From Mycobacteriales bacterium (GTDB taxonomy: Bacteria; Actinomycetota; Actinomycetes; JAFAQI01): 64,000 bases of DNA. Below are positions 61,067-64,000 of this stretch, in pieces. Position 1 is the stretch's first letter, and each line of letters starts with the position of its first letter. Made by a program: the position numbers and the translations under genes. The DNA is taken from NCBI GenBank assembly GCA_036267875.1, contig DATAVE010000117.1:25785-89784 (forward strand). Direction: 5' to 3'. Below the pieces are notes generated by a model. The model was not told where the DNA came from, ran no database searches, and was given only the letters and a program-made list of their open reading frames with translations.

Positions 61067-62559
61067 GGCTCTTTGCAGAATCGTTTGCCGTTGTTCGGGG
61101 TGTAGAACTTCCCGTTGTCCATGCCCATGTTGTACCAACAGACCACCGGAGGCGCCGGCTTGCCCGGGTAGTAGCTGATCGACCCGGTCAGCCCGCCGAC
61201 GTCGTAGTTGCGCACCTTGTCCAGGGCAGTCGTGATGTCGGCGCTGGTGATCGTCTCCTTGTCCGGCCAGAAGGTCGAGGAGTAGGCGAAGATCTGAGCG
61301 GAGGTCCAACCCTGCACCGGCGTGCCGATCGGGCTCAGCCCTGGCGCGTACTGACGGATCACCTGGTTCATCAGCGTGATCTGCGGATTACCCGTCGTCG
61401 TCCACGGCTCCACGATGCTGTCGAAGATGACGCCGTTGAGGTTCGTGTCACTGGTGTCGTCCGGTATGACGACGCTGGCCACGGTGCCTAGCTTGCCGGC
61501 ATAGCCGGCCGCCCGACAGTTGGCAGCAGCGCGGTGGATGCTGTTGGGATCCAGGACGATGATGAGGAACGTGGCGCCGGCACGCTTTGCGCCGAGACAC
61601 TGGGACGTGAAGGATGGCGCGGTGAGCGACGCGCTGGCCGAGTAGACGAGGTGCATCCCCTCGTTTGCGATGTCAGCTTTCCCCTGCGCGCTCCCGAAGA
61701 TCGAGCACGCCGACGCCTCGATGCAGTAGATGAGCGCGACGTGCGAGCGCTGCGACGGTGTCAGCTGGCTCGGCAGGCCCGCGTAGCTGGCGTAGATCGC
61801 CCACTTGCCCGAGGACATCTGCGGGAAGAAGTTCGGGTAGTCGTTGTAGAAGTCGTCTGCGCCCTCCGAGCCGACCACCGGGATGTGGTGGGAGATCAGA
61901 TAGTTCTCACCGCCCGTCGCCGCGAGCGGCGCGTTGTTGTAGACGAATGCCGCGACATGGTCTTGTTCGACGAGTTGCTGGGTGAGGGCCGCGTTCTCGG
62001 AGGGCTCGGCGCCGTCATCGGCCTTGATGAACTTGATGGGATGACAGCGCAGGCCGCCCAGCGAGTTCACGTAGCCCGCCCACGCCGCTACGGTCGAGGC
62101 TCCGCCGGCGACCGCTGCACCTGCGAGCCCGGACTGCTCCCCGACGCTGCCGATGATCACCGGTGCCTTCTGCGCCGCACACTTCTCGACGCCGGGGACG
62201 AGACTGTTCGTCGCGGTGGCGGATCCGCCGGTCGTCGTGCTTGTGGACCCTGTTGTCGGCCCAGTCGTCGATCCGCCGGTAGTCGCGCCGACGGTCGGGC
62301 TGCCGCTGCCCGCCGCGGTAGCGCCGCCGGTCGAGCCCGCGCCGCCGGTCGCGGTCGCGCCGCCACCACCACCGGTGGTCGCCACCGTGGACGGAGCGGT
62401 GATCGTGCCGGGCGCCTGGGTCGCGCTGACGACGGCGGAGCCGCGCAGCGCGTTCTCGAGTGCGGCGTGGGAGCGCCGGCTGCCGCATGCGGACAGCGCC
62501 AGGACGCCGAGGATCGCGATGATCGCCAGCGACCGGCGCCGCTTACCAAACAGGTGCAT
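61063..62559 (-). CDS. Liv-type ABC solute-binding lipoprotein with long Gly/Thr/Ser-rich linker; no cognate permease adjacent
   Basis: GGGAG SD before ATG 62559; signal peptide + lipobox LALSAC; ~70-aa G/T/S/A linker; IIGSVGEQSG..YVNSLGGLRCHPIKF..DDGA collinear with 2526..3761. Confidence 0.8.
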   Translation of the reverse strand: MHLFGKRRRSLAIIAILGVLALSACGSRRSHAALENALRGSAVVSATQAPGTITAPSTVATTGGGGGATATGGAGSTGGATAAGSGSPTVGATTGGSTTGPTTGSTSTTTGGSATATNSLVPGVEKCAAQKAPVIIGSVGEQSGLAGAAVAGGASTVAAWAGYVNSLGGLRCHPIKFIKADDGAEPSENAALTQQLVEQDHVAAFVYNNAPLAATGGENYLISHHIPVVGSEGADDFYNDYPNFFPQMSSGKWAIYASYAGLPSQLTPSQRSHVALIYCIEASACSIFGSAQGKADIANEGMHLVYSASASLTAPSFTSQCLGAKRAGATFLIIVLDPNSIHRAAANCRAAGYAGKLGTVASVVIPDDTSDTNLNGVIFDSIVEPWTTTGNPQITLMNQVIRQYAPGLSPIGTPVQGWTSAQIFAYSSTFWPDKETITSADITTALDKVRNYDVGGLTGSISYYPGKPAPPVVCWYNMGMDNGKFYTPNNGKRFCKEP

Positions 62560-62661
62560 GAGGACTCCCGATGCTGCCCAAGGATCGATCGCGGGGCAAT
62601 GGCCCACGCAATATACTTAACTTGTCTATAGGTATCGCGCGCGGGACGCCGTCACGCTCTC

Positions 62662-62856
62662 CTACCGGTCAAGTGTGACCGCCTGTTCCGGGCACGCGGC
62701 GACCGCAAGCTCCACCGACCCGAGCTGTGCGTCGGTCACCGAACCGTCCCCGATGACCTGGCCGTATCCCGCGTCGTCGTCGGTGAAGACCTCGGGCGCC
62801 GTCACGTAACAACGGCCGTGCCCGCTGCATCGAGCGTGGTCGATCGAGACCCTCAT
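62662..62856 (-). CDS. Small 3Fe-4S-type ferredoxin (P450 redox partner type)
   Basis: 64 aa, ATGA overlap with P450 stop; CSGHGRC...ACP pattern. Confidence 0.75.
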   Translation of the reverse strand: MRVSIDHARCSGHGRCYVTAPEVFTDDDAGYGQVIGDGSVTDAQLGSVELAVAACPEQAVTLDR

Positions 62857-63995
62857 CGGATCGCTGCCGCAGCGAAGACGAGTGGCAGGTGCTTTAGGTG
62901 GAAGGTGCCCGAGGGCCAGGCGATCTCCGGCTCGAATCCTGGCGCGATCTGGTAGTCCGGGACCAGCTTGTGAAACTCCTCCGCGATGATCCGCAGCTCC
63001 CGGCGAGCGAGGTGTGAGCCGAGGCATCGGTGGTTGCCGCCACCGAAAGCGCGATGACCTTTGTCGGCCTGGTCGAGATCGACCGAGTCGGCCTGCGGGA
63101 AGGTGTCGCTGTCGCGGTTGATGGTCCCGAGGCAGAGCATCACCAACGAGTCGGCCGGGATAGTCACGCCACACACCTCTACCTCGCAAGTGGTCACCCG
63201 CGGTGTCATAGGGGCGGGCGGCTCGAGGCGTAGCACCTCCTCGATCATCGGCTGGACGAGGCTGTTGTCCGCGATGATGCGTTTGCGCAGCTCGGGATCG
63301 CGAGCGAGCTCGTGCATCATGAACCCGATCATTGCGGTCACGGTGTCGAGCCCGGCGAGTACGAACAGGAAGCACAACCCGAGGACCTCTTCCTCGGTCC
63401 ACGCCTCGTCGCCTTCGATCGAAAGAATCCGCGAGAGCATGTCGTCCCCGGGCTTTGCGCGTTTGTCCGCGATGCAGGTTTGCAGGTACCCGAACAATGC
63501 GAGGGCGTTCTCGACCAGCTCCGGCGACAGATCTTCCAGGGTCTGGCCCGAGTTCTCGATGATCGTCTCAGCCCATTGGATGAACTGGTCGCGATCGGCC
63601 AGTGGCAGGCCGAAGACAGTGAGAAATACCTGCGTGGGGTAGAGGCGAGCGAGGTCATCCACAATGTCGCACTCGCCACGATCGATGAAGGCCTGGATCA
63701 GCTCGCGTGCCTGCGCCCGCAACGCCTCGTCCATCTCGTTGATGACTTTGGGGGCGAGCATCGGGTCGAGGACCCGTCGGTAGCGGGCGTGATCAGGCGG
63801 GTCGATCGCTATCGGGATCAGGGTGACCGGGCTGCCGAGCTGGTCGAACGCCTTCGCCGATGAGAACAGGTCAGGGTTGCGATGGGCGTACTGCACGGCT
63901 TCGGGGCTCGTGAGGATCCAAGTGCCGTTGGCCGCCTGGAACACCTCGCCCGCGTCGCGCACCCACCGCCAGCCGTCGGTGCGGCTCTTCGCCAT
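62853..63995 (-). CDS. Cytochrome P450 monooxygenase (N-terminus probably continues beyond window end)
   Basis: VLAGLDTVTAM (I-helix), EEVLRLEPP (ExxR), FGGGNHRCLGSHLA (heme loop); frame still open at nt 64000, 380 aa is short for a P450. Confidence 0.85.
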   Translation of the reverse strand: MAKSRTDGWRWVRDAGEVFQAANGTWILTSPEAVQYAHRNPDLFSSAKAFDQLGSPVTLIPIAIDPPDHARYRRVLDPMLAPKVINEMDEALRAQARELIQAFIDRGECDIVDDLARLYPTQVFLTVFGLPLADRDQFIQWAETIIENSGQTLEDLSPELVENALALFGYLQTCIADKRAKPGDDMLSRILSIEGDEAWTEEEVLGLCFLFVLAGLDTVTAMIGFMMHELARDPELRKRIIADNSLVQPMIEEVLRLEPPAPMTPRVTTCEVEVCGVTIPADSLVMLCLGTINRDSDTFPQADSVDLDQADKGHRAFGGGNHRCLGSHLARRELRIIAEEFHKLVPDYQIAPGFEPEIAWPSGTFHLKHLPLVFAAAAIR

Positions 63996-64000
63996 CGGGG

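Noticed and set aside
62190-62430. Repetitive GGT/GCC/ACC-rich DNA that superficially looks like a tandem repeat or CRISPR-like array
   Set aside because: There is no fixed-length repeat/spacer periodicity. It lies in frame within the SBP gene and encodes the Gly/Thr/Ser linker.
1-64000. Genomic island or mobile element interpretation of the cluster
   Set aside because: There are no integrase, transposase or tRNA attachment sites and no flanking direct repeats. By eye, composition is uniform across the window.

Overview
High-G+C, actinobacterial-style chromosomal segment; the taxon cannot be fixed from the sequence alone. It is almost entirely coding. I call 64 protein genes and found no rRNA, tRNA, CRISPR array, transposase or integrase. 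Gaps rarely exceed 100 bp, and at least 21 same-strand gene junctions are 1-nt or 4-nt stop/start overlaps (ATGA, GTGA, TTGA). The content is a very dense multi-operon acyl-CoA catabolic supercluster of lipid, steroid-side-chain or terpenoid type.

Gene inventory:
- 10 acyl-CoA dehydrogenase (ACAD) paralogs, which split into 5 'alpha-type' and 5 'beta-type' C-terminal sequence classes.
- 4 thiolase-fold proteins: 2 with canonical catalytic Cys residues and 2 Ltp2-like, Cys-less.
- 3 DUF35 Zn-ribbon/OB units, one of them fused to a Cys-less HMG-CoA-synthase-like domain.
- 3 AMP-forming and 1 ADP-forming acyl-CoA synthetases, and 2 CoA-transferases of different families.
- 4 SDRs plus 1 Gfo/Idh/MocA oxidoreductase, 3 crotonases, 3 MaoC hot-dog hydratase subunits and a TesB-like thioesterase.
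- 3 amidohydrolase_2 proteins, 2 atypical isochorismatase-like proteins and 2 VOC proteins.
- 2 luciferase-like oxidoreductases, a flavin reductase, 2 P450s (one with a 3Fe-4S-type ferredoxin), 3 NTF2/SnoaL proteins plus a limonene-epoxide-hydrolase-like protein, and an APH-type kinase.
- A Liv-type ABC importer with a three-way fused permease-permease-ATPase gene, and a second orphan solute-binding lipoprotein.
- Four regulators: 2 FadR-type GntR, 1 TetR and 1 tandem double TetR.

The substrate is not identifiable from the sequence. No steroid ring-opening genes (KshA/KstD/HsaC-like) were recognised.

The most interesting items are listed below:
- the DUF35-centred C-C cleavage modules (three architectures, two of them unusual);
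- the tandem TetR;
- the Cys-less isochorismatase-like pair next to DUF2889;
- an LvaA/ACAD10-like kinase;
- a set of A/T-rich dyads and boxes (TATCTCAT, GAGATATCG-N9-CGATATCTC, GCGATATCGC) confined to the few intergenic regions.

All functional calls come from motif recognition by eye. No database search or computation was possible.
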